A DNA stretch of 63,503 nt, the filler included, from Asterionella formosa (lineage: Eukaryota), in NCBI GenBank assembly GCA_002256025.1. It is 10 parts of 10 records of this genome, joined end to end, with 100 filler letters (N's around TTAATTAATTAA, not from the genome) between each part and the next. Parts side by side here need not be neighbours in the genome. Positions count along the whole stretch, not along the records: positions 31,830 to 38,086 come from NKIB01012766.1; positions 38,187 to 44,441 come from NKIB01012767.1; positions 44,542 to 50,796 come from NKIB01012768.1; 7 more parts are not named here. One strand, given 5' to 3'. A program made the translations under genes and the position numbers. The notes below the pieces were generated by a model. That model was not told the origin of the DNA, made no database searches, and saw nothing but the letters and a program-made list of their open reading frames with translations. Below, in pieces: positions 36,039 through 47,365 of this stretch; position 1 is the stretch's first letter; the number at the start of each line of letters is the position of its first letter.

Positions 36039-36794
36039 TTATACTTCAGGAAGGTCCTTGCCTAGCACTTGCTCGAAAAGTGCCCTGTCTCGTCTCGTGA
36101 CAACGCACCCCACGTAGCCCGATGCACCAAGCTCTTGAACACCACAAACACATTGTGGAGAGACACAGCAGGTAGGACCATCCTGACTAACAAAACCCAC
36201 GCAATCGGCGTTGGTAAAGCAAGGTTGGACATTTGGGAATGCTTGGTACATCTCAGATACCGATGTTGGACATGTCCTGCCAACAGGAGGTGGTGGCGGC
36301 GGAGAAGTTGGGGCAGGAGTAGGAGCAGGCGTAGTAGAACCTTGGTCAGATACGCATACGTGTTCATCGCCAGATGTGTCCGCGAACCCACAAATGCAAA
36401 GTGGATAAACACAACAGTTTTGGTGGCCAAATTGTATGATCCCAGCGCAGTCAGCATTTGAGGAACATGATGTCAATCCGGGAAGATTTTCATAGAGATG
36501 GGAGATACTTGATGGGCAATAATGTGGAGTTTGTTCAAGAATCTCTCTTCCTGCTATTATGCAATCACTTGTGGTTAGTGTGGGCTTTGTATTGTTCGCT
36601 ATAGTTTGCGTTCCATCAAGATTCGATTCGCGTGTTATTGACTTACGTACGGAAGCACCTTCGATCGCAGCGAGCAATCCTTCGTCGGCGTTGTTTTCTA
36701 CTGATGTGCTGCGAGATCCCCGAAGTACCGAAGCAGAAGATGATAGAGGCAACAGGAATAGAGCTGTCAATAGGATTGCAAGGGATACCTTCAT
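36039..36794 (-). CDS. Secreted Cys-rich protein, tandem paralog with two modules
   Basis: Signal peptide ...SSSASVLRG. Modules and C-terminus (RRDRALFEQVLGKDLP) are closely similar to the 33524-34580 product. Confidence 0.88.
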   Translation of the reverse strand: MKVSLAILLTALFLLPLSSSASVLRGSRSTSVENNADEGLLAAIEGASVRKSITRESNLDGTQTIANNTKPTLTTSDCIIAGREILEQTPHYCPSSISHLYENLPGLTSCSSNADCAGIIQFGHQNCCVYPLCICGFADTSGDEHVCVSDQGSTTPAPTPAPTSPPPPPPVGRTCPTSVSEMYQAFPNVQPCFTNADCVGFVSQDGPTCCVSPQCVCGVQELGASGYVGCVVTRRDRALFEQVLGKDLPEV

Positions 36795-37261
36795 TGTGAA
36801 GGGTATCGTTTGAAATTATATATTGATGATTGATTTTTATGAGGGATAGAAGGAATATATTGTGACAAAAACTTTAATGAGAACTCAAATGAGAATGACC
36901 ATGAATGATTGACATTATTGTTCTCTACCAGTACCTACGATTCACTCGATCGCAACTTGTACCATCAGGTACCTCGTACTCGGAGAACCCTGGTACAAGA
37001 TTCCAAGTCTTGCTTCACGATCGAAAATATTTGTGTGTGTTGGTGTGTGCTGGTGACCACTATAGGATAAAAAAGATATTGTAGAAGCCGATAGGTATGG
37101 GACTAATGATATGTTGATTTTCCAACGAACAATTCCCAACCCAAGACCTGAACTCGAGGCTACGGCTTGGAACAGTACCGGTTAACCAAGTTACCTCGTG
37201 TCCCACATCGGACCTAGGTACCGGTACAATCATCCTGGAGTAATGGGACCCTGGTACCAGG

Positions 37262-38086
37262 TGAAGTATCTAACTAGAAGTAGTAGTATTTGTTGAATAT
37301 ATGAGCTTATTTGTTAATCCTTGTGTGTAACTCGTTCTCCAAGTCGACACCAAAGTATACAATGAGGGTTAGTCGAGTTCTCTCATTATTGAGTTCTTAT
37401 ACATACATGATATAACACTAACCCTATATACATCTGTATTGATGCGCAAGATCGCTCACTCTCCCACACCAAGGGAAAACCTTTTACCTTTGAAAAGGTT
37501 TGATGTAATGGATATTAATTCAGTCCGTAGTATGCATAGTTTGTTGAAAAGTAACTGGACCATTGGCATATACTTGAATAAATAGAATAAGGACCTCGTC
37601 CATGGTTATCCAAGGTAGTAGGATTATCCGATAGGATTAAAACCTCATCAACAACCTTGTAATCGCAAGAACGACGACGGAAAGTATCACGACGTAGTCA
37701 TTTGTCAATTATCACTTATCGACATTGATATCCCAATATCAATTACATATCTATAATCAAATCATGTTGTAAAACCCATGTTCCTGGTGAAAATACACAA
37801 TGTACTATAAATAGTAGCTCGAGCTGCATATGATGCAGCAAACTGGTATCCACAATATTCTGAACTTGAAATTCCTTGATTGGAGGATGAGCCTTTAACA
37901 TGACTTGTACATAGGCTTTTAATGTGTATGAAAGGAATACCAGTAAATTGACCTCCATTGTCATGTATACAACCTTCTGGATGGAGATATCCGTCCAACC
38001 AATCATTTTTAAATTTCATCGCAATATATTCTGATGTCTTATTATTGATATGTGAAATTTCTGGTAAATTGGTGACTGTGTTAACT
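37262..38086 (-). mobile_element. Gypsy 3' remnant: decayed integrase plus putative 3' LTR (37262-37417)
   Basis: 37650-38086 is homologous to 21640-22170 (KFKNDWL, CIHDNGGQF). GRGPY..I.VYANG / IRRL-type integrase tail is present. A TG...CA-bounded segment follows. Confidence 0.7.
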
Positions 38087-38229
38087 NNNNNNNNNNNNNN
38101 NNNNNNNNNNNNNNNNNNNNNNNNNNNNNNTTAATTAATTAANNNNNNNNNNNNNNNNNNNNNNNNNNNNNNNNNNNNNNNNNNNNGGGAGGGGGAGGTG
38201 GAAGTGAAAGCGGCACCAACAATCATTGC

Positions 38230-38621
38230 GATGAGAGCATTGTAGAACATTCTGTAGCCACTTAAGATATGATAGAATCATAGAACCATTCTTAGCTAAA
38301 TATAGTTCTAAATATCGATCAATTTCATCCTATTTTAGACAGTGATATCGATGAGAATTACGATCATGCTAAGATAGATGTATGACAAAAGTATACACAT
38401 CATATGACCATGTTTAACTAATTATATGATGCAATGGTATTATAACTATGATAGTCTCATCATACTTCAAGCTCGGTAAAAGTTTACTGCATGATCATAA
38501 TTATATGATACATTGATCATATTTTTGATCGAAAAACTATCATATATTTGAAAATCCTGTGCCACTTAGCGTACGATACCCTTGATCATATTTTCATGAT
38601 ATTTTTTATTTACAGACGGTG
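38230..38621 (-). mobile_element. Inverted terminus of the CACCGTCTG family with AT-rich GATCATA-type subterminal repeats
   Basis: Reverse complement from 38621 reads CACCGTCTGTAAATAAAAAATATCATG. Many GATCAT/ATGAT motifs lie inside. Confidence 0.55.
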
Positions 38622-38639
38622 TTAATGGCATTCCCAGCT

Positions 38640-40212
38640 TGTTTGGTGATCGCAACTGAGTGTCTATACGAAGTGGCACCAGGTAACAACTACAAGTAGA
38701 GTCTCAAAGCTCCATTGGTATGGCCGTTTTCCATGGCACCTCCATGAACCACTGTATCACCCCGCATGAGGTAAATGTACTTGAAAGGAACATTAAGTAA
38801 CATGGCATGTTGACATTCTTCCACTTTACCCTTTGGATCTAACTGAAGCCTGTTCTCAAGTGACTCTCCATCCCAAACATTTAAGGAGAACCACCATCTC
38901 CTAGCGACATATCCAATCCCCATGGAATGCATGTTTCCACATCAATTATATCCATTTCTTCATGTTGATAATCGCAATGTGGCTCTTGCCTACCATTCGA
39001 TTCAAGGAAAGTGTGAAGTAATGTACAGGTATGAGGCATGATACTCATCGTGATATAACTAGTTTCGTCACTAATAACCGATTGCGGTACAGCTCCTGGA
39101 ATGCATATTGACAACAATTGCCAAAACATGCTAACATTGTAGTGGGATGTAGTATCCGAGATCTTCATTCCATCGATGAATCCGCCATATGAAATCAATG
39201 ACTTTGCGCTGCCAATCATCTTTTTATAACATTATTCAAGGCGGTTCCTGAATTTAAAAGTTTTCTTGATAAGTGCCTTAGTCTTGCGATCTGTTCTGAC
39301 TTGGCCCAAAATCCAGGAGGTTCCGATGTCCAGAAACGGCCAATTCTTCATCCCAAAGAAACTATCGGGAAGAAACGACAAATTCAAGAAAAACATTCTG
39401 GTGGAACTTACACCTTTGATATGTATTGTTGTATCGTTTTCAACAATAAATGTCACCACCTTCATGGACGCGGCTACTTTCTCAAGAAAACTTTGTAGCG
39501 GTTGAATGTGTTGAAACTTTGTCAATGCCCAAACCTCCTTGACAAAACCTCGAACCAACTTAGCGTTTTTAGAAGTAACACAAAATACATGCCATCCAAC
39601 CTTCTTGCCTCCCTTTTTTTATAATAAGAAGAAATGAATTTACAGCATCCAATATTTTGAGCACGATTTTCAAAATTACATCCAGGTCCACATTCGCATT
39701 GTTGTCAAGGTGTCCTTGTAGGAAAAAACGGAGTAACCTATGGTCGTTGTGGTGCCTATGCTGATCTGCGGCTAACACGCGATCACTTACTTCTGTGCGC
39801 TCAGCCAAGTTGCGCGGCATACAATCATCACGAAAAAAGTTGAGAAGAATTAGCGATTCGTAATTGAGCCAGCAAGCAACGAACTGTGCGGTAATCTGAT
39901 CAATCTTGATCTTTATCCATGCTTCCTTCTCTAAAATAGAATCAAAAATCCAGGTAAAGGACATGAATTGTGCCATGGGACAATTTTCTTGATTTCGGAA
40001 GCCTTCCGGGCATGGTCGAGAACAGATGTATCGGAAACCCTGTCCTACACATTGACCAACGCTTTGCTTGGCCTTTGTGTAGCATACAAACTGGCCAACT
40101 TCGCCAGCAGAATTACCCTTCAATACTGAAACCAAATCACTTGTCACAAGAGAGAGGTCCTCATCTTCGTTCCGAGCAGCCAACTCGTCATTGGGCTTTT
40201 GCGAGGCACTCA
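38640..40212 (-). pseudogene. Fragmented gene ending in a 2OG-Fe(II) dioxygenase-like (PhyH-type) domain
   Basis: QEPHCDY (HxD) ... LNVW ... RGDTVVHGG ... ALRL spread over consecutive same-strand ORFs broken by frameshifts and stops. Confidence 0.55.
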
Positions 40213-41311
40213 TGGTAGGAATTTTTGATAACATATGATGGATGTGGTGTACACATTGTTTGTGAATTACGTACATGAAGATGTAGACGACGTCTACTAC
40301 CAATTCTACCAGTAGTACAAGTATTGTATTGTGATGTTGAGGCATGTTGATAACATCTTAGAATCAGATAAATTCTTATATGTCTGATTTTGTGTCAATT
40401 TGGACATCCAGTGCATATTAACGATGACAATACAAAATTGTAAATAATTCTTGATATTCCATTAGTAAACAAAAATAGTCATTAAAAAATGTACTTTAAA
40501 ACTTTGTTTTCCCCCCTTCTTCTGTAATCATTGAATGGCTGTGCTTGGCCTTGGTTGCCATTGTCATTGCTGTTCTTGCTTCTACTGTTACTATCACTGC
40601 TTTCTGGTGAGACAAATCAGACTGCTCCCTTGGAGGTCGTGTGCTGCGCTGTAAAGGAATCCATCGAAAAGAACACCAAATAAGCAAGAAAATGAGCACA
40701 TTGGAATAACTCTGGATGTCAGCTATTACTGGCATTGTTACTCACCCTTGTATGTCACCAGACACTTCAGCCTTGCCTGTTCTTGACTCATCTTTGGCCT
40801 CCCAGACATGGTTTGATTGTTGGAATTGAATGTGCAGTGAGCGAGAAGAGTCAGTGACGCAAATTCATTGAGATGATTAACATTCATCCACCAGTCATGC
40901 ACAAAAAACTGAGTTGGAGATGTACATACAAATTGTTGTACTGCTATTGCGTACCTTTTTACAATGGATTCAGGGAGTGCACGCCAGCAGCATCCGAAAT
41001 CATTATAATCGCCATGAAAGAATACACATAAATGAATGAACTAAAACTAGTACAAGATCCTACAGAAGTTCTAGAGGGGCTTGTACCACAAGGTGCCGGT
41101 TTGGTCATGTCAACTCTACCTGCATATCTGTACTTCTCGGCTCCTGTGTACTGTATATATTTTGCTGCTTGATGTATTATGTGGTTGTTTTATATAAATA
41201 AAATACAAAATACAAATATTTTATTATAGGTAAGAATGGGCCTGTGATTCCTCATTTCGATGAAATGTATGCATGGACATCACGGCCTTCATATACAATT
41301 CACTTTGAAGC

Positions 41312-42865
41312 ATGTCGAACTCATATGGATTTGACTTTCTGAAGTCTCAGCATACCTTAGGAGGGATCGATGCACCGAAACCGGCTCTTTCCACTGCGTC
41401 ATCTGTGGCTGTTCCAGTCGTGTCGGCCGCTGATGTCTCCCACAAGCCCGCCCTCGAGAAGCAAGCAGATATTTTGAAGTTTCTCAAAGCTCATCGATCT
41501 GCTGGCTATTTGGGACCTTCCATTATTTATAAGGGCACTGGAATTGACTTGGAGGAAGCGGATGAGGCTGTGGCGAAGCTGCTGCAAACAAATGCAAAGA
41601 TTTCCATCGAACATGTTCCTGATCCCGAGAATCCCAGCGTTATGGTGGCAAACTATGCCTACCAATCGAAGTATAACCACGTGCGAGATCGGGCTAGCTT
41701 GCTCGCTCAAATAAATCGATCAAAGTACGGATGCGATCGCAGAGACCTGATAGATTGCTATGACGGTGTTGACGAGCACATTCAGTCGTTGATTACAGCT
41801 GGTGATGTTATCGCCATTTCCAACAGCGAAGATAAGACTGTTATTTTGTTTCCTCGGGGCGATTCATTTCTGATTGAGTTGGATGGTATTATTGTTGCAC
41901 CAATGGATATAGCTAATCCGTCAGCAGCAAATACAATCCTAAGTGATGACGAAATTGTCAAGGCCGCTATGGAACGAAATCGGTCGCGAGAGCACCAGAA
42001 CATTGTGTGGGTAAATACAGACATTGATCCAACGAAACAGGTGAGACGAGGAGAAGCTATCTGTGTGGGAGGACAGTGGTTTAGAGTCTCTAGTGCAGTG
42101 AAGGCCGGAGTCCCGCTTTTCGAACAGCCAGCTCGGGCTCAAGCCCCGCTGACTGTCACCGCCCTACAGGATTTGAGCAAACGAAATGAAGTCGATGGTT
42201 ACATAAGACCTTTTACTAGCAAGATACTCCCCCTGGATGGTCCTCTTTCCTTGGAAGCCAAAAACAACCTGCAAAAGTCCAAAGAAGCGAGACAGCTTGT
42301 ACAAAACCTAGCAGGTGGACGAGGTCATTCTGGAGGAGCAGCTCAATTGCTTTCCTCCTTGGCACATGCCACCAACCCTGCATCTCTGGCGGCGTCCTTT
42401 GCATCCGCGGTTGTCGGAGGAGGCCGCAAGCGACCAACAGCTCACAAAGCATCTCACTCAGCAGCTTCTGTTGATCAAGCCCGAAAAGCAGCACAATCCG
42501 CACTAGAAGCAGCATCAGACCCCCATTTATCCCTCTATACACATGCACGTCGTCATGGCTGTACAAAAGATGTTCGTGATATGTATTTGAAGACTCGAGC
42601 TCTGGTACCCACAAATGAAATGGAATTGTACAAATTACTCGTGGAACACAAACTCTTGGATGAAGGTGAAGCTTGGCGTCGAGATAAACTTAAGCGAAAG
42701 GCCAATGTGGACAATGATGGAAAACCCAAGAAGCGACGATACTATGTCCGAAAGAACCAAAAGTTGACGAATGGTTTCTTAACAGGAACTGCCATTGGAG
42801 CAATTTTGGCGGATGCTGCTGAGAAACAGAAGCAAGGAAAATCTGTTGGCGATGGTGGTATGTAG
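41312..42865 (+). CDS. GTF2E2: Transcription initiation factor TFIIE beta subunit with a large insertion
   Basis: Tandem winged-helix-like region (LQTNAKI...YAYQSKYNHVRDRASLL...DLIDCY...LITAG...ILFP) and basic C-terminus (VP..E..LYKLL...KKRR...KLTN). Confidence 0.65.
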   Translation: MSNSYGFDFLKSQHTLGGIDAPKPALSTASSVAVPVVSAADVSHKPALEKQADILKFLKAHRSAGYLGPSIIYKGTGIDLEEADEAVAKLLQTNAKISIEHVPDPENPSVMVANYAYQSKYNHVRDRASLLAQINRSKYGCDRRDLIDCYDGVDEHIQSLITAGDVIAISNSEDKTVILFPRGDSFLIELDGIIVAPMDIANPSAANTILSDDEIVKAAMERNRSREHQNIVWVNTDIDPTKQVRRGEAICVGGQWFRVSSAVKAGVPLFEQPARAQAPLTVTALQDLSKRNEVDGYIRPFTSKILPLDGPLSLEAKNNLQKSKEARQLVQNLAGGRGHSGGAAQLLSSLAHATNPASLAASFASAVVGGGRKRPTAHKASHSAASVDQARKAAQSALEAASDPHLSLYTHARRHGCTKDVRDMYLKTRALVPTNEMELYKLLVEHKLLDEGEAWRRDKLKRKANVDNDGKPKKRRYYVRKNQKLTNGFLTGTAIGAILADAAEKQKQGKSVGDGGM

Positions 42866-44541
42866 TGCATTACATGCATGATGGTGGACTCTCGAAGCAA
42901 TATCGACTAAGGTGTATGTTGCCCGTTAATATAAAATGAAAATAGGCTACATTCGTTGATGTGATCAGGACACATGCATGAACATCCTTGATAATGTCAT
43001 CTGTTGTTGCCTGCTACTCACTAGCCATTCTTCTGTAGTGCAGCCCATCGCAAACCTACCAGCAAGTGAATTCCTATAGCTAATAGTCAATCTCCTAATG
43101 TGTCATTGCTTAGTATACCTATGACAAGGGAATGAAGGGAGGAAATTAGCTAACAATGCATTGGTGTTTCATAAGAACGTACCTGCCAACAGGTGAAAGA
43201 ATGAACTTCAGCACATCAAGCACCACTTTGCAACCTACTCTCCTCCCAGGGAGTACGACTCACCCAAAAATTCCCTGTGTGCCAACACCAGAAGTCACCA
43301 CATTTGTTGGGATGATCCTTGGAGGGTGCAGATTTTTCGATGCCCTCGCTGGACATGCCAGGAAGAGCTACATGGGCAACCCTATTCACCTAGTGTAGTT
43401 GTAAGGCGCTATATGAATGAAGTTAATAATAGAATGTACCTGCCAACACCAAATAGTCATCAGAGCAGCTCTGCCAAAATCAGCAGCCAACAGCATGCAT
43501 GCTTGCAGACCTTGAAATGTGGTCAATCTCATTTGGTTCTGACACATGGCAGTTATGCAGTGTTTACTGCAGAGAGGTCCAGTAGTTTTGCTATTTGTGA
43601 GCTTTTTTGGATTCAGCTCGTCACCAGCTGGGCTTCAAACAACGGCCAAGCAATAGAAAGCATCACTAGGGGCATCCCAAGCAATGATTAAAGAAATGCT
43701 CATAAAACTTAAATTCAAATCCGGGCCTGCACAAAACGTTAGCTATGTTATTCAACGTCTGTAGAACAAAATAGTTTTTGTTCAGAAATGCATGCTCGTT
43801 AGTTTATTAAGCTCAATCTCTTTGGCAGTAATAGCTGATATTACACGCATGGATACAGGTCAATACGCTGGTCAACGAAAATCAATAGCCCTAAACAACG
43901 CACAGGTATCGCTATTTAGCGTTATGCTCGCCTAAATATACTAATCAAACCGATGCACGCACCTATCGCCTGCATCGTCTCATGTAGAAAATGAATATTT
44001 CTTCTACAGAGGGCTTTCTTTTGAGGACGTGGATCGAGGAGGCCGATTAAAAGAATTGGTTCAACTATACATGAATAGAGAGAGTGCTTTGGTAGTATTT
44101 ATTAATCTCGCCGTTGTATGGATATCAAATCAACAATTATTCTTGTAGTCACAACCACTTCAGTCTGTAGGCTGAAAGGGAGACTCTGTTCATGGAGGTT
44201 CTGTTTGGGAAATTTTGCCCAGCTAATGACGAGCCACGAGCTGCGAGCTGCAGCTTGAGTTTTTACCAGTCGGTTTCGCCAAGAATACATGTATGAAACC
44301 AGTCAAATTTGGGTAAGATTCTTAGATAAGTGAGTAGATGCATTTACCCCACAAATACATCAGACTGGAATCAAATCAATTACAGCATCAAATGATCCAA
44401 CAGCAGCAGATCCAAATGTAGCACCAGCACCAGCACCAGCANNNNNNNNNNNNNNNNNNNNNNNNNNNNNNNNNNNNNNNNNNNNTTAATTAATTAANNN
44501 NNNNNNNNNNNNNNNNNNNNNNNNNNNNNNNNNNNNNNNNN

Positions 44542-45257
44542 GCATTCACTTTCTCAGCTGTAAACCCGTGTCTCCACCTAGCCTCACTACATCCATCCCT
44601 CCTCTTAACGGTGCTATTTACGTCCACTGTCAAATTCTTAAGGAGGTTGTATCAAGTGCTGCTGAGGCCGAATTAGCTGCTTTATTCCACAATGGCAAAG
44701 AGGCATATGCTATTCGCACCATTCTTGCTGAGCTTGGTCATCCCCAACCTTCTACCCGTATTGTCACCGATAATAGCACTGCCAGTGGCATCGCCAATGA
44801 TACTGTCCGACAAAAACGTTCCAAAGCTATGGATATGCGTTATTACTGGGTACGCGATCGGGTTCGCCAAGGCCAATTTCTTGTATACTGGAAAAAAGGT
44901 AGTTTGAATCGTGCTGATTATTTCACTAAACATCATCCCGCTTCCCATCATATGTTGATGCGCCCGCACTATCTCCATTGCCCTCCATCCCTCCCTAGTC
45001 CTCCTAACTATTATGCGTGCTTGGCTTCCGATGCTGATAGCATCTCCCTCCCCGCTCCTGTTCTTCTGCCTGCATCTGTTGGTGAGGGTGTGTTAATATC
45101 TGCATATGATGCTCCATACATGCGCCGTACGAACCATACCGGCGCAGCCACCAGATTAGGTACATGCGTGAGTGCTGACAACGATGTACTTGGAACAGCA
45201 ATAGAATAGTCATAATATTGTAGTTCACCTTTATTCACGATAAGGTTCCCCTCAACA
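44542..45257 (+). mobile_element. Copia 3' end: RNase H plus 3' LTR (45091-45257)
   Basis: SSAAEAELAALF...TDNSTA...KRSKAMDMRYYWVRDR...NRADYFTKHH. PPT GAGGGTG is followed by TGTTAA...TCAACA. The pol frame runs into the LTR (stop at 45209). Confidence 0.9.
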
Positions 45258-45745
45258 GAAATATCTTTTTCCTAAACCTAAAGTAAATTTAATTGGTTCT
45301 ACAGCGATACAGAGTACCAGGTACCAGGTAGAAACAATTTATGCCGAACACACATTCTGTACAGCAGAGCAGGACGAGCTGTTTGCTGTTCGTCGCCACG
45401 TGGAGGAAATAATTCAAAATCATGACCACGAGGATATCATCAAAAAGCGTACTGGTCCTCCGAGTACCCTGGTATCAGAGCAAGTTCCGGTAATCTCGGT
45501 ACCAGTTACCAGGGTACGTAGTAACAAAAGATCAGTTTATGATTGGTATGCATACATGTAAATTCTTGAGGCGACCTCCTTTTGTTCAATTCCAGCAAAG
45601 TAACCAACGTGGTTGCGTGCATTGCAGTGTCAGTATTCAGCGCTTGCAGGTGGTGTACTGTATACACAATACTATCAAAAGAAACTAGAGGACGGGTAAT
45701 TGATCGACGAGATACAGCACCGGCCCACACAATTATAGCGAAAAT

Positions 45746-47365
45746 ATGCGACCTATTAGGACATGGATGATCAGAATCGCTTGCTCATTGTTGCTGTCGA
45801 TTCATGCAGTCAGCGCTTTCGTTGCTCGACAATCGACAGGATGGTCCACCACTACTAGAATCCAGGCTTCCGCAGGAAATCTAGCTCCTATTCCGAATGA
45901 ATGGCAAGGGGAAGTCCTCCGGGTCTTGAAGCAAGTCATTGATCCCGACTTGAATGCCGACATTGTGTCTCTTGGGTTTGTCAAGAATCTGAAGTTGGAG
46001 GACCGTAGCGTTTCATTTGACGTCGAACTAACCACCCCGGCTTGCCCGGTCAAGGATCAGTTCGCAATGGAATGCGTGAGCCTAGTTAAGGCCCTAGACT
46101 GGACACAGGATGTGTATGTTACAATGACAGCACAAGAAACGTCCAGGGATACTGACACTATGGGTATGGCACAAGTAGGTGCCGTGATCGCCGTTTCGTC
46201 ATGCAAAGGAGGGGTTGGAAAATCTACCACAGCGGTCAACCTCGCATACGCCCTTCAGTCTCTGGGAGCAACAGTTGGAATTTTTGATGCCGACATCTAC
46301 GGACCATCCCTTCCGACCATGGTAAAGCCCGACGACGACATTGTTAGATTTGTGGGACGACAGATCGCTCCTTTACAACGAAATGGAGTGAGACTCATGA
46401 GCTTTGGATACGTTAACGAGGGATCGGCGGTCATGCGAGGTCCCATGGTCACACAATTGCTGGATCAGTTTTTAAGTGTCACTGCCTGGGGGCAATTAGA
46501 TTATCTCATATTGGATATGCCACCTGGAACCGGGGACATTCAACTCACCTTGACACAGCGACTCAACATTTCTGCAGCAGTGATTGTCACTACACCTCAG
46601 GAGCTATCTTTTGCTGACGTGGTACGTGGAGTGGAAATGTTCGACTCAGTCAATGTGCCTTGCGTGGCTGTTGTCGAAAACATGGCTTACTACGAGTTAG
46701 ACAAAGCTCCCCAGATCAATGTAGCGAAGCTAAAGGTTGCATTAATGGAAAAACTTACCGCAGAAGGCCTGGGTCAGAATGGAGTTACCCCTTCTGCTTT
46801 AGTGGATGAATTAGTGCAACTGGTGCAAAACAGCCAGGAAGAAAAGGAAAACGTCAAAATATTTGGTCCTGGTCATAAGCAACGGCTGTCTGAGCAATGG
46901 GGAATAGAGCACACCTTTTCAGTTCCTTTGATGGATCGGATAGCAGCGAATGGAGACTCAGGTACACCGTACTTACTTGAAAATCCAAATACCCCACAGG
47001 CTGACATCTACAGGGCACTTGCCTCTTCTGTTGTCAGTGAAGTTGCCAAAGCCAAGTACTCTGGAGCAAATGCACGACCCCTCATTTTTTACGATGAGCA
47101 GAAGCACATGTTGCAGGTGGATGATGACTCTATTCCACCTGCTGAACTAAGGCGATTGTGTAGATGTGCTGCATGTGTTGAGGAAATGACAGGCCGCCAA
47201 ATCTTGGTAGCAAACCAGGTATTGGACTCTATTTCCCCCACGAAGATGAGTCCAACTGGAAATTATGCACTTTCTGTTAACTGGTCTGATGGTCACCGAT
47301 CGTTGTACCCATACCGCCAAATTCGCTCCTTAATGCAGGAAAAAACCAAGGCTAGTGCAAACTGA
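45746..47365 (+). CDS. HCF101: Plastid Fe-S cluster carrier HCF101 (DUF59 + Mrp/NBP35 ATPase + DUF971); true start may be 45767
   Basis: Signal peptide ending AVSA-FV. VIDPDL...LTTPACP; SCKGGVGKST; DADIYGPS; MRGPMV; DMPPGTGD; C-terminal CRCAAC and GNYA...WSDGH. Confidence 0.95.
   Translation: MRPIRTWMIRIACSLLLSIHAVSAFVARQSTGWSTTTRIQASAGNLAPIPNEWQGEVLRVLKQVIDPDLNADIVSLGFVKNLKLEDRSVSFDVELTTPACPVKDQFAMECVSLVKALDWTQDVYVTMTAQETSRDTDTMGMAQVGAVIAVSSCKGGVGKSTTAVNLAYALQSLGATVGIFDADIYGPSLPTMVKPDDDIVRFVGRQIAPLQRNGVRLMSFGYVNEGSAVMRGPMVTQLLDQFLSVTAWGQLDYLILDMPPGTGDIQLTLTQRLNISAAVIVTTPQELSFADVVRGVEMFDSVNVPCVAVVENMAYYELDKAPQINVAKLKVALMEKLTAEGLGQNGVTPSALVDELVQLVQNSQEEKENVKIFGPGHKQRLSEQWGIEHTFSVPLMDRIAANGDSGTPYLLENPNTPQADIYRALASSVVSEVAKAKYSGANARPLIFYDEQKHMLQVDDDSIPPAELRRLCRCAACVEEMTGRQILVANQVLDSISPTKMSPTGNYALSVNWSDGHRSLYPYRQIRSLMQEKTKASAN

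Noticed and set aside
43140..44441. Short ORFs after the TFIIE-beta gene
   Set aside because: No recognisable domain or consistent frame, so no call can be supported.
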